DNA of 63,952 nt, counting the filler, from Octopus bimaculoides (taxonomy: Eukaryota): assembly GCF_001194135.2 (NCBI RefSeq). It is 5 parts of 5 records of this genome, joined end to end, with 100 filler letters (N's around TTAATTAATTAA, not from the genome) between each part and the next. Parts side by side here need not be neighbours in the genome. Positions count along the whole stretch, not along the records: positions 10,339 to 34,422 come from NC_069003.1; positions 34,523 to 47,328 come from NC_069005.1; 3 more parts are not named here. One strand, given 5' to 3'. Numbering within the stretch: the stretch's first letter is position 1; each line of letters starts with the position of its first letter. The position numbers and the translations under genes were made by a program. Shown one piece after another: positions 26,081 through 39,523 of the stretch. The notes under the pieces were generated by a model that saw only the letters and a program-made list of their open reading frames with translations, had not been told where the DNA came from and ran no database searches.

Positions 26081-27285
26081 ATATGTGTGTGTTTGCGTAT
26101 ACCTATACATGTATATATACATACATACATATATGTATATATATATATATANNNNNNNNNNNNNNNNNNNNNNNNNNNNNNNNNNNNNNNNNNNNNNNNN
26201 NNNNNNNNNNNNNNNNNNNNNNNNNNNNNNNNNNNNNNNNNNNNNNNNNNNNNNNNNNNNNNNNNNNNNNNNNNNNNNNNNNNNNNNNNNNNNNNNNNNN
26301 NNNNNNNNNNNNNNNNNNNNNNNNNNNNNNNNNNNNNNNNNNNNNNNNNNNNNNNNNNNNNNNNNNNNNNNNNNNNNNNNNNNNNNNNNNNNNNNNNNNN
26401 NNNNNNNNNNNNNNNNNNNNNNNNNNNNNNNNNNNNNNNNNNNNNNNNNNNNNNNNNNNNNNNNNNNNNNNNATATATATATATATATATATATATACAT
26501 ATCCGTGTGTGTGTGTATAGGCGCAGTCGTAAGAAGTCTGCTTCTCAACCATATGATTTCGGGTTCCGTCACACTCAACTGTGGTAAGTATCGATCAGCC
26601 ACGAAGACCCCGCAAGGACTTACCTCTGCTGACCGATTTCAAACTGGGTTTCCTTCTACTATGTTTAGCTGCATACAGCATTCGTTTTCAGCTATCGGTG
26701 TAAATTTTTCTTTGACCTTATCCCCATTGAGCTCTTCTCCACTGTTTGTGACAAGTGATTCATTGTAGCAATATATAATATTACATTTAGCAAATCATAC
26801 GAGCAGCTCACTCTTAATAGAAATGGATGTCGCATATTCGTTGATGATTCAAAATGACAAAAACAACAATTTCAACAATACTTAAGCATATGGTTTAAAG
26901 AAATGCGCCATGAGATCGTTTTTGAATAGTGAATACAAATACAGTAAGATTTCAGTTATGTAATAAATAATTTTGTTACATTTTTATCAGCGGAAAATCA
27001 TCAAGCAGTCGATAGAGAAAAATAACCGGTGAAAGTATCAAATCTAAAAGACTGAACAAGAAATCAAATACAAGAACGAAAAGCATGGAGAAAACACATG
27101 TTAGAACAGCTGATCTGATTTTTAGGCAATTTAGACTTTATATATTGAAGTGGTTCTTTTCTGCAATGTCAGTTGAAGAAAGCGGTTGATATGTTTCATT
27201 CTTAGAAGTTATTCTAAGCAAAGTATATATAGTTCAGGCAAAGCAGATGTGGGCAATATATACAAACTGAAGCAATGTTACGTAC

Positions 27286-27357
<72 letters not shown>

Positions 27358-28055
27358 NNNNNNNNNNNNNNNNNNNNNNNNNNNNNNNNNNNNNNNNNNN
27401 NNNNNNNNNNNNNNNNNNNNNNNNNNNNNNNNNNNNNNNNNNNNNNNNNNNNNNNNNNNNNNNNNNNNNNNNNNNNNNNNNNNNNNNNNNNNNNNNNNNN
27501 NNNNNNNNNNNNNNNNNNNNNNNNNNNNNNNNNNNNNNNNNNNNNNNNNNNNNNNNNNNNNNNNNNNNNNNNNNNNNNNNNNNNNNNNNNNNNNNNNNNN
27601 NNNNNNNNNNNNNNNNNNNNNNNNNNNNNNNNNNNNNNNNNNNNNNNNNNNNNNNNNNNNNNNNNNNNNNNNNNNNNNNNNNNNNNNNNNNNNNNNNNNN
27701 NNNNNNNNNNNNNNNNNNNNNNNNNNNNNNNNNNNNNNNNNNNNNNNNNNNNNNNNNNNNNNNNNNNNNNNNNNNNNNNNNNNNNNNNNNNNNNNNNNNN
27801 NNNNNNNNNNNNNNNNNNNNNNNNNNNNNNNNNNNNNNNNNNNNNNNNNNNNNNNNNNNNNNNNNNNNNNNNNNNNNNNNNNNNNNNNNNNNNNNNNNNN
27901 NNNNNNNNNNNNNNNNNNNNNNNNNNNNNNNNNNNNNNNNNNNNNNNNNNNNNNNNNNNNNNNNNNNNNNNNNNNNNNNNNNNNNNNNNNNNNNNNNNNN
28001 NNNNNNNNNNNNNNNNATATATATATATATATACATACATATATATATACATACA

Positions 28056-28091
<36 letters not shown>

Positions 28092-28114
28092 TATACATAT
28101 ATATATATATGTGA

Positions 28115-28145
<31 letters not shown>

Positions 28146-29148
28146 TATGTATGTATAGATGTGTATATGCATGTTTATCACAGCGTGTATTTCTATAATT
28201 TTACAGTAGTGCGTTCAGATAATGTGTAACAGCAAGATCAGAAATACGAGAATAAATTCTATAAAATTCTTTCTTTTTGCTTTTCAATCTTCATATTAAT
28301 ATCAGATTGTCCTTCAGAGATTTTGAGAATTAATTAAATTACTAAAACACAATATGCTGATAAGCAAATTATTTTTCTCTTGATTATATAATAGAAGACA
28401 AGTCTAGATGGTATTTTACATCGTATTAAACTAAGATATATGATATTCTCGTTGTTTATATAAACATTCTGATTATCTGCTCAGTAAATAATTCAGATTA
28501 TAAACGTTCATTTCCGATGCAATTCGTTGTTATTGGAAGTAGCTGCAAGTATTATTGTTACAAACTGTAGAATGCAGATAAATTGGAATATGCAAAATTG
28601 ATGTTAACATGCACTGAACACAATTCACAACAGCATACATTTACGAATAATACACACATACACAAACTTATTCATACACACATGCTAATACATCCGTTGT
28701 GCATGCATGTGAATGTATGTGTCTTTCTATATATGTGTGAGTGAGATTTATGTATATATTCATGTACGTATATGTGTGTGCGTATATATATATATATATA
28801 TNNNNNNNNNNNNNNNNNNNNNNNNNNNNNNNNNNNNNNNNNNNNNNNNNNNNNNNNNNNNNNNNNNNNNNNNNNNNNNNNNNNNNNNNNNNNNNNNNNN
28901 NNNNNNNNNNNNNNNNNNNNNNNNNNNNNNNNNNNNNNNNNNNNNNNNNNNNNNNNNNNNNNNNNNNNNNNNNNNNNNNNNNNNNNNNNNNNNNNNNNNN
29001 NNNNNNNNNNNNNNNNNNNNNNNNNNNNNNNNNNNNNNNNNNNNNNNNNNNNNNNNNNNNNNNNNNNNNNNNNNNNNNNNNNNNNNNNNNNNNNNNNNNN
29101 NNNNNNNNNNNNNNNNNNNNNNNNNNNNNNNNNNNNNNNNNNNNNNNN

Positions 29149-29194
<46 letters not shown>

Positions 29195-31069
29195 TGTATG
29201 TAGGCATGTATGTATGCATATACGTATGTATGAGTGTATGTATGTGTCAAATGGTTTTAATAACAGATCCAATATACCCTTAAATATTTGCAGCTGAAAC
29301 GGATGAAGATAAATCTAACATTGATGGATTGAAATTAAATGATAACAATTATTAATAGGCAATCTTCACACGCACGCTCACACACACATATATAAAGAAA
29401 GAAAGTAATATAAATAAATAAATAAATAAATAAATATATATATCGACACACACACATTATCAAATGGAATATGATTGGCATAAGTTTCAATTTTCCTCAA
29501 CTATTTAGAGCTTAAGCCGTTTAAAATAAATCCTGTATTAATTTGTTGAAATATGATGCAACGTTTGGACAGTAAACCGTATTGAAACTAATTATGAAAA
29601 TCAATTGTAACATTGTCTTACACTTCAGAAGTATTTCGTAAGTTAGCATTCCATAATGGCTGTCACGTTGGGAGGTAACACAAATTATATTAATGCTAGG
29701 TTAGTCATGTACAAAACATAGCAGATATAGCGAATATAATGAGAGTATGATCTGCATTGAAATGTCATTTTATTACGATTTTGTTTATCAAACTCTTGAT
29801 ACTAACCGTCTTCAGTCTCAGAAAGTTATTTATTTACGGCTTCCTCGACTGGAGCAGCGTGAAATGAAATGCTTTGATTAATAGATCAAAGTACAATTCA
29901 ACGTAACGCTTGCTTTGGGCCAGCCCTTAGCCGCTATATACTGATGGGGTTGGTTTTCTCTGAGTACACAACCAGAATATCCCTTGTGATACTTACCAGC
30001 CGTAGACCGAAACCACAAGTTATCACACCACCCCGCACACACCAAACTAGCATTGACCACTTCCCAGCACCCACACCAGCGCACACACTAGTACCGACCA
30101 CTTCCTAGCACCTAGACCATCATCCACACACCTACACATGCACACATGCACACACGCACATGTCAATGTCACCAGCCCCATTCCACACGCACATACACGC
30201 TCTCATACACACGCACAAAACCTTTTTATTTATTTCTATTTTCGAAAAATTACTATGAATAACGAACGTTCATTTTATTCATTCACATATTGGTATATTC
30301 ATTGGCAGTTAGTATAGTATCAATTAACTAAACAACGGAACCTGTATATGCTTGCATAAATTTAAATAAGAGTACAACCGTACGATTAACAACGTACAAA
30401 ATGGCTGTTGCATATCTGTGGAGCTTATTTTTTACAGACCGAACTACAGCAAAGCTCGATAAATGTGTAAGTTTCTTCATCACACAGCCTGGCAAACGCC
30501 TTTTACATAATTTATACTCACGTGTACATATCATATATAAAATCTTCACCGAAGAAGGTTTTTCGAAATGTCTGAAATACTTCCATTAGTTGACTTCGTT
30601 TGTTCAGGACATGGATATAAAATATCTCATTGTTATTCCTTTAACGTATAAATGCAATCCTATATTGATGATCGATGGCTGATGTACATGGTATGTCTTA
30701 CTAGCTATGTATGCTTGACATTCCTGCAAGGATTACTAAATCAGGTTTTATCCAGTGAGGTTTAATCAATTACAAGCTGGCATCTTGAAGATTAACTGGC
30801 ATTATCATTCTAAAAAATATACGTGGGCAACAAGTGAATCAAAAGGCATCGATGAATTCAAAAGACATGCCATATCTAGAATTATATAATGCAATTCAAC
30901 ATTGAAATTTAAATAAAAAAAAACTAAGGCGTGATATCAGAGTGGTTTCATTACGCTTTCGAGTCGATCGAAGATCAACATAGAGGCTTCCACGTTGGCA
31001 GAATTTAGTTGATTAGTGTCAGTGCTCGCTAAAGTCAACAGACAGTTGATAACTGATCTTGTTCGTATT

Positions 31070-31626
31070 TGCGCTGGCGCAACTCTGTGGTAAGAAGCTT
31101 ACCACATGGTCCTGGATTCACTCCCACTGCGTGGCACCTTGGGCCAGTGTCTATTATAACAGCCTCGGGGCAACCAAAGCCTTGTGAGTGGATTTGGTAG
31201 ACAGAAACTGAAAGTACCCCGTCATATATATATATATATATATATGAGTGTGTTCCTTTCTGTTGAAGAGCGTAAGCTCGAAACCTAAAAGACTTTCTCA
31301 CATTCCCGAGCGTTAAACTAATACACCTGTGTCTTGTTTACACACATACCTTCGTCTTTTGCATTTTTTTTTGTAAATTCCAACAATATATATATACATA
31401 TATACATATCATATGTGCGTGTGTTTTTTTGTGTTTGTGTTTCTCCCCCATCACTGCTTGACAACCGGCTTTGATGTGTTTACGTCCCCGTAACTTAGCG
31501 TTTCGGCTAAAGAATAAGTGCTAGACCTGAAAAATAAGCCCTGGGTTCGATTCCTACGACAAAAAACATTTATCGCGGTGCTCCAGCGTGGCTGCAGTGA
31601 AAATGACTGAAACAAGTAAAAGAATA
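31070..31626 (+). mobile_element. CORE-type SINE (OR1/OR2-like) carrying an insertion in its central microsatellite
   Basis: tRNA-like head, GTGGCACCTTGGGCCAGTGTC core and GACTGAAACAAGTAAAAGA tail. Confidence 0.85.
31246..31386 (+). ncRNA. About 140-bp insert containing a minimal hammerhead-ribozyme-like motif, probably derived from a PLE pLTR
   Basis: CTTT-CTGTTGA-A-GAGC(GTAA)GCTC-GAAAC-CTA-AAAG; the core deviates from CUGANGA at one position. Confidence 0.4.
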
Positions 31627-31990
31627 TGTTCAAGAATCTCAGTATCATATTATTCAATCAGTTTTTTTTTTTTTTTTTAGATGGTCAGATGTGATCTATT
31701 GCAAATTGTGCTGCTATTCTAGATCGAAATGACCAATTAATGACATTCTTGTGTGCTCATCTTGTTTTTATTAATCCGTATCAGACCTGAACAAACACCT
31801 CTCTTTGTAAAGTTATTCTAGCCATAATACCACATCGTTTTTCAGACACAATACATTTCAAATTACATTATTCAATTTACTTTGTTTTCTTTAAATGAGA
31901 GTTGGGTGTCAATTGAAAGATATTGCTACTATCTCTAGTCAATGAAAACACGTGTTGATCTTCTCTTGTTGATTAGTATTTGGTGCAAGT

Positions 31991-32202
31991 AAGGTGGCGA
32001 GCTAGCAGAATCGTTAGCGCGTCGGGGAAAATGCTCACTAGCATTTCGTCCATCATTACGTTCTGAGTCCAAATTACACCTAGATCGGTTTTGTCTTTCA
32101 TCGTTTCGTGGCAGATAAAATAAGTACCTGTTGAATACTGGAGTCGATGTAATCGACTTGACTCCTCCCTCAAAATTGCTGGCCTTGCGCCTAAATTTTA
32201 AT
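31991..32202 (+). mobile_element. OK-type SINE, full length, alternative tail
   Basis: AAGGTGGCGAGCTAGCAGAATCGTTAGC..TGGCCTTGCGCCTAAATTT. Confidence 0.88.
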
Positions 32203-34466
32203 ATCTGCATTCATACTTAAATATATCGGTGTGTGTGTGTGTGTGTGTGTGTGTAAGCGTTTGTGCGTCTGTGTGTTTCTATAAGCGTTTCTATATATCT
32301 ATTTGTTTTACCTATACATTTTTCACTCAAAGTTATGTAGTACAAACGGTTTGTATGTCTACACGTCTCAAAAATGTTCGTGAATTACTTCACTGAAATA
32401 ATGGTCTCCGATTTTTATTATTTGATACAACCAGGAACCTATATTTATATATATTATTGATTAGATCCCAACATATAATTAGAGACGCTGTAAAGAAATC
32501 TCTTTGGAAGTGATTATATATTAGATTGCTTTTTGTGAAATCCTCTCTTTTAAATCAGATTGCAGTTTTTGCGCTACGAAATTAAAGCTGACACGAGTAT
32601 ATGATAGATTGACAAGTTTAGATGCTAATCTACCATGAATTCCCATAATCTATAATACATCAATATCTGAGGAATAATCAAATTTTTGTCACTGACTGCT
32701 TATCTCAAATATCTCCATTTCAACTTAATGCTCAGATGACATCAACTTCTAAAATTGCCTGTCATTTAACATTTTCAGAAGTCCTTCCGAAAAAAAAAAA
32801 CATTGCCAAAATACATTTAATGATATAAAAATAACGTTCTCTGCAAACTACAGAGATACAAAATACAATATATTTAAAACAATATTCGTATATACTGATA
32901 TCAAAAAGCAAAAAAAAAAAAACATCATTAGTCATTAGTAGATAAGAAAGATGTCGAACTTGATTTCAATTAAGAAAATGGACGATATCTTTAAAAAGTG
33001 AAAAAGGCAAATAATATTGAGAATAAAGTTTCAAAAATAAATAATTGAATTTATTGGACTGAGTAGAAGCAAGTAATGGAAAGAAATGGAAAGATATACT
33101 TATGTTATTCCTAATATNNNNNNNNNNNNNNNNNNNNNNNNNNNNNNNNNNNNNNNNNNNNNNNNNNNNNNNNNNNNNNNNNNNNNNNNNNNNNNNNNNN
33201 NNNNNNNNNNNNNNNNNNNNNNNNNNNNNNNNNNNNNNNNNNNNNNNNNNNNNNNNNNNNNNNNNTATATATATATATATATATATATATTTAGGGTATG
33301 GTAGATGAGTTCAGCAAAACTTTAGATTCAGGTGATTATGGTACTTAAGTTTAGGCACCAGAATTTAGTACGGTATTATCCACACAATTTCAAAGTAAGG
33401 TGATTAAAATCAAAATAAGCGACAAGTATATCCAGAGGTAATGCAGTACGTTCGTTTCATGCAACTCCATTAAATTGAACAATGTAATCATTACATCAAT
33501 TTAAAAAGCAGAGCAATCTTCAGCTGCACAAAGACATAGAATTTAATTAAATTAGAACAGATGGACACATTAGTATAATAATACCTAAAATCTCCGAGAG
33601 GTTAGGGAGACAGCCAGAGAACATCTTGCTTTAGCCACACCACGGAGGCTAATAAATAAAATGTCAAAGAAGACTCTGCCTGTCACTGATTTTATTTGTT
33701 TCTTTTAATTTAGATTTATAGACTATCATATCAAACCTTGTATATCTAAAGCTTAAGAGAATAGAGGGCATTATCTGTTAGGGGTAGGGGTGAGAGAGCA
33801 GACAGAAATCATGGTTAGTATAGTCATAAACTTATGAGATTTGGTAAAGGTAAAACTTAAAACAAGATGTTGGCTGACAACTAAGGGGTCGCCCTCTAGC
33901 AGACCATTGATAATGAAACAGGGAAGTCATTATCATGTAGTACTATAGTTAAAAGTTTTAAAACAATGTTGCTATATTGTATGCATATAAATTTTATGGT
34001 TATTCATTGGGTTATCAATAAGAATATATTAACAAGAAGATAGAAATTTATGGATACTTTTGAGCATATACCAAACTTATACCACAATAGAGGGAGGAGA
34101 AGAAAAGCAAATTATTTCGAAATAGTTTAATATTTATATATACTCTACACTTAAAAAATTAACTCATCGTATGGTATCTATGAATATTGATTAATAGGTA
34201 TATACTGATATTAATAAAGGAGTATTGAGGTAAAAGAACATTATAATTATATATTAATAAAATTATATTCTAAGGAGTTTTTTTTATATATATATATGCA
34301 GTAAATATATCAGTATACTTTTATATACGCAAAGTATGAATTAATAGAGTTAGAAAAATTTGCTTAATTTATTTATGAAATAATAAAGGCTGGTTATTAA
34401 TTCATAAAGAAATGAAATAAAGNNNNNNNNNNNNNNNNNNNNNNNNNNNNNNNNNNNNNNNNNNNN

Positions 34467-34478
34467 TTAATTAATTAA
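34467..34478. other. Artificial scaffolding linker TTAATTAATTAA
   Basis: Centred in a 100-bp gap. Confidence 0.9.
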
Positions 34479-34857
34479 NNNNNNNNNNNNNNNNNNNNNN
34501 NNNNNNNNNNNNNNNNNNNNNNCCGCCATTATATAAGTACGTTCTGTATACGTATCGTTTCTCTTTGTGTTAGGGTTAATCCTCTTGTTGCTGTTGTTGC
34601 TGTTGTTGTTGTCACATGTGTTGCTCCTGTGGATGTCCTCTATGTGTGTTTGTTATATAATGGCTGTTATTATTGCTGTTGTTGTTGTCTCCCTTCACTG
34701 CAGTCGTCGTCTTCGTCGTCGTCCATCTTTCCGTTATGGTTGTTTTTCTTTTTTTGTTTGTGTTCAGAGCAAACTCACCCCCAAAAAACAACAACAAAAG
34801 CAGCAACAATACATACAACAGTACTACCACTTAGTTCCTATCAAAAATTACCACTGA

Positions 34858-35575
34858 GTCGCTACCACCACCACCACCATCGCCACCACCACCACCACCA
34901 CCACCGCCGCCACCGCCACCACGAATACGACCATTATCAGCATACCCACTACTAATACCACCATCACCACCACCACCACCACCACAACCATCATCGGCGT
35001 CATCAGCACAGCCATCATCATCACCACCAACACTACGACCGCCACGATATACCTACATTCACCACCACCCAAAAGATGCACTACAAGCACCACCACCACC
35101 AACGCCACCTCCACCACAACAACCACCATCATCATCATCGTCTCTACCATGACACCCTTACGTACACCATCGCCTATATTCATCACTACCACCGCCATCA
35201 CCACCTCCATCATCATCATCATCATCATCATCTCCAGAAGCTCCACCACCATCACCACCTTTACAACGACACCCACTATAGTCATCCACCCCACCTAGAT
35301 TCACCAGTGCCACCACCGCCACTACCAACACCATCACCACCACCACCACCACCNNNNNNNNNNNNNNNNNNNNNNNNNNNNNNNNNNNNNNNNNNNNNNN
35401 NNNNNNNNNNNNNNNNNNNNNNNNNNNNNNNNNNNNNNNNNNNNNNNNNNNNNNNNNNNNNNNNNNNNNNNNNNNNNNNNNNNNNNNNNNNNNNNNNNNN
35501 NNNNNNNNNNNNNNNNNNNNNNNNNNNNNNNNNNNNCTCCACCACCTCCACCTCCACCTCCACCACCTCCACACA
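34858..35575. repeat. Degenerate (CAC/CAT)n trinucleotide tract; similar tracts at about 39915-39975, 40909-41100 and 42160-42270
   Basis: Read directly; source of the spurious poly-H, poly-P and poly-G ORFs. Confidence 0.9.
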
Positions 35576-35898
35576 AAACCCATCGCCACCCCACCTCTAC
35601 CAATATTACTTTAGTTCCAAAGCAAGTCTGTCTGATTATTAGAATTGACAGAGAACTTTTGCCGTTTTCTATTCAATAAAGATCCACTTTGGTTAATTCT
35701 TCGGCACATCCCTCAGCTCATACCCTGTCTCTCTCTCTCCCTCCATCTGTGCGCGCGCGTGTGCATGCTTCTCTTCACGAGCGCGCGCGCGCCTGTATAT
35801 GTGTGTATATTTGTGTATATATTGTGTGTCTATGTTTTGCGTAATTGTTTCTATATATATATACACACACACATAGACATTATAAGTTCAAAATACAC

Positions 35899-35933
<35 letters not shown>

Positions 35934-36039
35934 TACACATACAGATAGATACACACACATTTACGCAATACTCATATTCTGCGCATGCGTTCGTATATGT
36001 CTCATGGGTGACCAGCTCTTTTATTGATATGTATTCGTG

Positions 36040-36142
<103 letters not shown>

Positions 36143-36631
36143 AACCCTCCAAAAGAAAAACAATTCTACACACTGCATTAGCCCTTCTCTCATACACACC
36201 CTCTCGTTCGTACATGCGCACCGAGCAGTGAAGAATATGCAAACCTAATTGTAGGTATATTGGCTGCCATGATTTTTAGTTAGAGTAATAACGCATATTT
36301 TGGGATCTACATGCGAGGGATACATACACAGATATGCACATGCGTACACATACATAATACAAACACATATATACATATATGCATACACACACATATATGT
36401 ATAACATTTATATATGAAAAAATACACGCACACACACATATATATATACATATATATTTATATATATATATATATGTATATGAAAAAATACACACACATG
36501 CACATATATGCATATATATATAGTAAATTAAGGACTTACCGACCAAAGAGTGTTGATGAAACATTGTTAAACGCATCTCGGTTACAATCGCTTGAAGAAA
36601 AAGATGTATATATATACAATATACATATACC

Positions 36632-36662
<31 letters not shown>

Positions 36663-37272
36663 CCACACACATATATATATATATGTATGTATGTGTGTGT
36701 ATAGTGGTATGTCTGTGTATGCTTATACATATATACTTAATGTATGCATGCATACTAAATACACTCAAGCACACACGCACATAATGTGTTGTAGGAAACG
36801 AAATAAGTATGGCATACATTCTTTCGATGAGGGTGACGTAGCCTTGCTTAATGGATTCATAGGGACTTTTATGATGTCATACACCTACGACATTATGAGT
36901 GCTTGTTATGTGATGAATGAGATTACGACATAAGCCATACTTTGCCCGAAACAGCTGTTAAGAAAATACTATTACAAAACTTCTTTTGCTTAATTTGTAT
37001 TCTGATTGCTGTACTCTTTATTTTGTACTCCATGTAAATGTAATTATTAAATCTAATTAAGTTTATACATGCATACATACATACACATAAATATATATAT
37101 ATATATATCTTTAGAGAGTCAAAAGTTATTGCCGGTCATAGAGTGACCGTTGTTTCCGCAGCTATAAAGCGCTTGCAGTATAGGCGACCCGAGGCACTGT
37201 CAGTGTAATTACATTTTAATTGGCCAATTCTATAGGATTAGCTTTTGATGAAGGAGGAAGTCCGATATATAT

Positions 37273-37670
37273 AGGCAGAGGCGTGGCTGTGTGGTAAAAC
37301 GTTTGCTTCCCAACAACATGGTTCTGGGTTCAGTCCCACTGTGTGGCACCTTGGGCAAGTGTCTCCTATTATCACCTCGGACCAAAGAAAGCTTTGTGAG
37401 TGGATTTGCTAGGTGTGTGTCTATATATATTTACGTGCGTGTGTGGGCATGTGCGTCCGCGTTTGTTCCCTTACCATCGCTTGACAACCGATGTTGGTGT
37501 GTTTACGTCCCCGTAATTTAGCGGTTTGGCAAAAGGGACCGATAGAATAAGTGTTGGGCTGACATAGATTAAGTCCTGGGCTCGATTACTTCGACTAAAA
37601 GCCTTTAAGGTGGTGCTCCAGCATGGCCGCAGCCAAATAACTGAAGCAAGTAAAACAATAAAAGAATAAA
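37273..37670 (+). mobile_element. CORE-type SINE (OR1/OR2-like), full length
   Basis: GGCGTGGCTGTGTGGTAA A-box, GGTTCAGTCCC B-box, CACCTTGGGCAAGTGTC CORE-like block and A-rich tail. Confidence 0.9.
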
Positions 37671-37671
37671 A

Positions 37672-37744
<73 letters not shown>

Positions 37745-38768
37745 CAGTTACTTCGACATACAGACACACTTAAATGCTTTCTTTAACCTCCTCCTCTTAC
37801 TGCTACTCCTCTCCTCGTAGATTCCCAGGGGATTTCCGTAAGAATGTTAAATGGTTTGTTACAGAAGATCAGAGAGTCCCTTGGAAACAGCTGTGTTGAA
37901 GGCAGAGCGGAGAGTTTCTTTATGCGTATACGTGTACCTGTCAGTGTGTATGTGAGTGTTTGTGTGTGTATGTGTGCGTGACTGCTAGTGAATGTCTATC
38001 TCTGTGTGTATCGGTGTATGTGTGTGTGTGTGTGTGTGTATGTGCTTGTATGTAAGTGTGTGAGTATATGTGTGCCGGTGAATACCTGTCTGTTTGTGAG
38101 CATGTATGTGTGTATGTGTGTGTGAGTTTATACCCCTATGTGTGTGTGTGTGTACGTGTTATTGTATGTCCGTGTATGTGAACATGTGTGTGCGTGTGTG
38201 TCTTTGAATATATATATCTGTGTTTATGTGTGTGTCGGGGAGTGCATGTTTGCGTCTGTGTGTGTGTGTGTCTGAAATTCGTAGTAATGATATTACTAAA
38301 AATAGTGGGGGTGGTGGTGGTGATGGTGCTGGAATTAATGTGGTTGCTGTTGTTATTGTCGTAGTGATGGTTTCTAGCAGAGACACCGAGAGTGGGAGAC
38401 GCCCTGTCTCACATTATTCAGGAAAACCTTTACGCACTCATCACTTTCAAAAACGCTGTTATTATACATTCTACACACACACACACACACGCACGCACAC
38501 ACACACACACACACACANNNNNNNNNNNNNNNNNNNNNNNNNNNNNNNNNNNNNNNNNNNNNNNNNNNNNNNNNNNNNNNNNNNNNNNNNNNNNNNNNNN
38601 NNNNNNNNNNNNNNNNNNNNNNNNNNNNNNNNNNNNNNNNNNNNNNNNNNNNNNNNNNNNNNNNNNNNNNNNNNNNNNNNNNNNNNNNNNNNNNNNNNNN
38701 NNNNNNNNNNNNNNNNNNNNNNNNNNNNNNNNNNNNNNNNNNNNNNNNNNNNNNNNNNNNNNNNNNNN

Positions 38769-38804
<36 letters not shown>

Positions 38805-39477
38805 GCATTAATTTAAACATTGTATATATGTATATATATTAATACAGATGAGAATAATTTATCATTTATTATAAAATATAAACTATATTATTTCTATATG
38901 TTTATTAAGCTGCGAAACAATTGTCGTCAAATACGAATATCCATTGATCGTAAGAATTGCTGATCGTTACTGATGATCAATGAAGCAAGTGCGAAACCGT
39001 ATAGAAAATACACCCAATTGCCCCTTCCACCCACAAGCTTGCTGAATCATACGAGTTACTGTTATAGAGCAAAATTGGTCTGTTTAAAATTAAGGTACCG
39101 CTGCATCAAGGAAGGAGTTTTATTATTGTTTTTGCATAAGTTTATGAAAATTAGGAAGATGCGAAACGTCGTGTGTTATTCACTCTAGTTGTCATCTCCG
39201 AGCAGCAGGAGTTGAGAGTGTATATATCTATATGTATGTTAAATGCAGACATAATACGAGGAGATGTAGAGTATTAGCTTGTTGGTCATCTATCTATCCG
39301 TCTATCTCTCTATCTATATATCTGTCTGTCTGTCTCTCTGTCTCTGTCTCTCTATATATGTGTGTGTATGTGTGTGCAGAGTAACAGACAGGCAAACACA
39401 GACAAGTGGCTACATGGGTTCACGCGCGCTTATACACATACGCGCATTTCTTTCTTTTATTTGCGTGTGTGTGCGTG

Positions 39478-39523
<46 letters not shown>

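Noticed and set aside
29989-30060. ATACTTACC..CGTAGA resembling the U1 snRNA 5' end
   Set aside because: Similarity collapses after ~18 nt, with no U1 stem-loops or Sm site.
37273-37345. tRNA-like A/B boxes (also at 22333-22395 and 26519-26585)
   Set aside because: These are SINE heads with no complete cloverleaf, not tRNA genes.
37821-37951. Strong polypyrimidine acceptor with an open frame (SQGISVRMLNGLLQKIRESLG..)
   Set aside because: The donor lies in a GT microsatellite, and no homology is recognised.
38970-38997. CTGATGA..GCGAAAC hammerhead-like words (also at 41103-41136)
   Set aside because: Stem II and stem I pairing are inadequate; compatible with chance.
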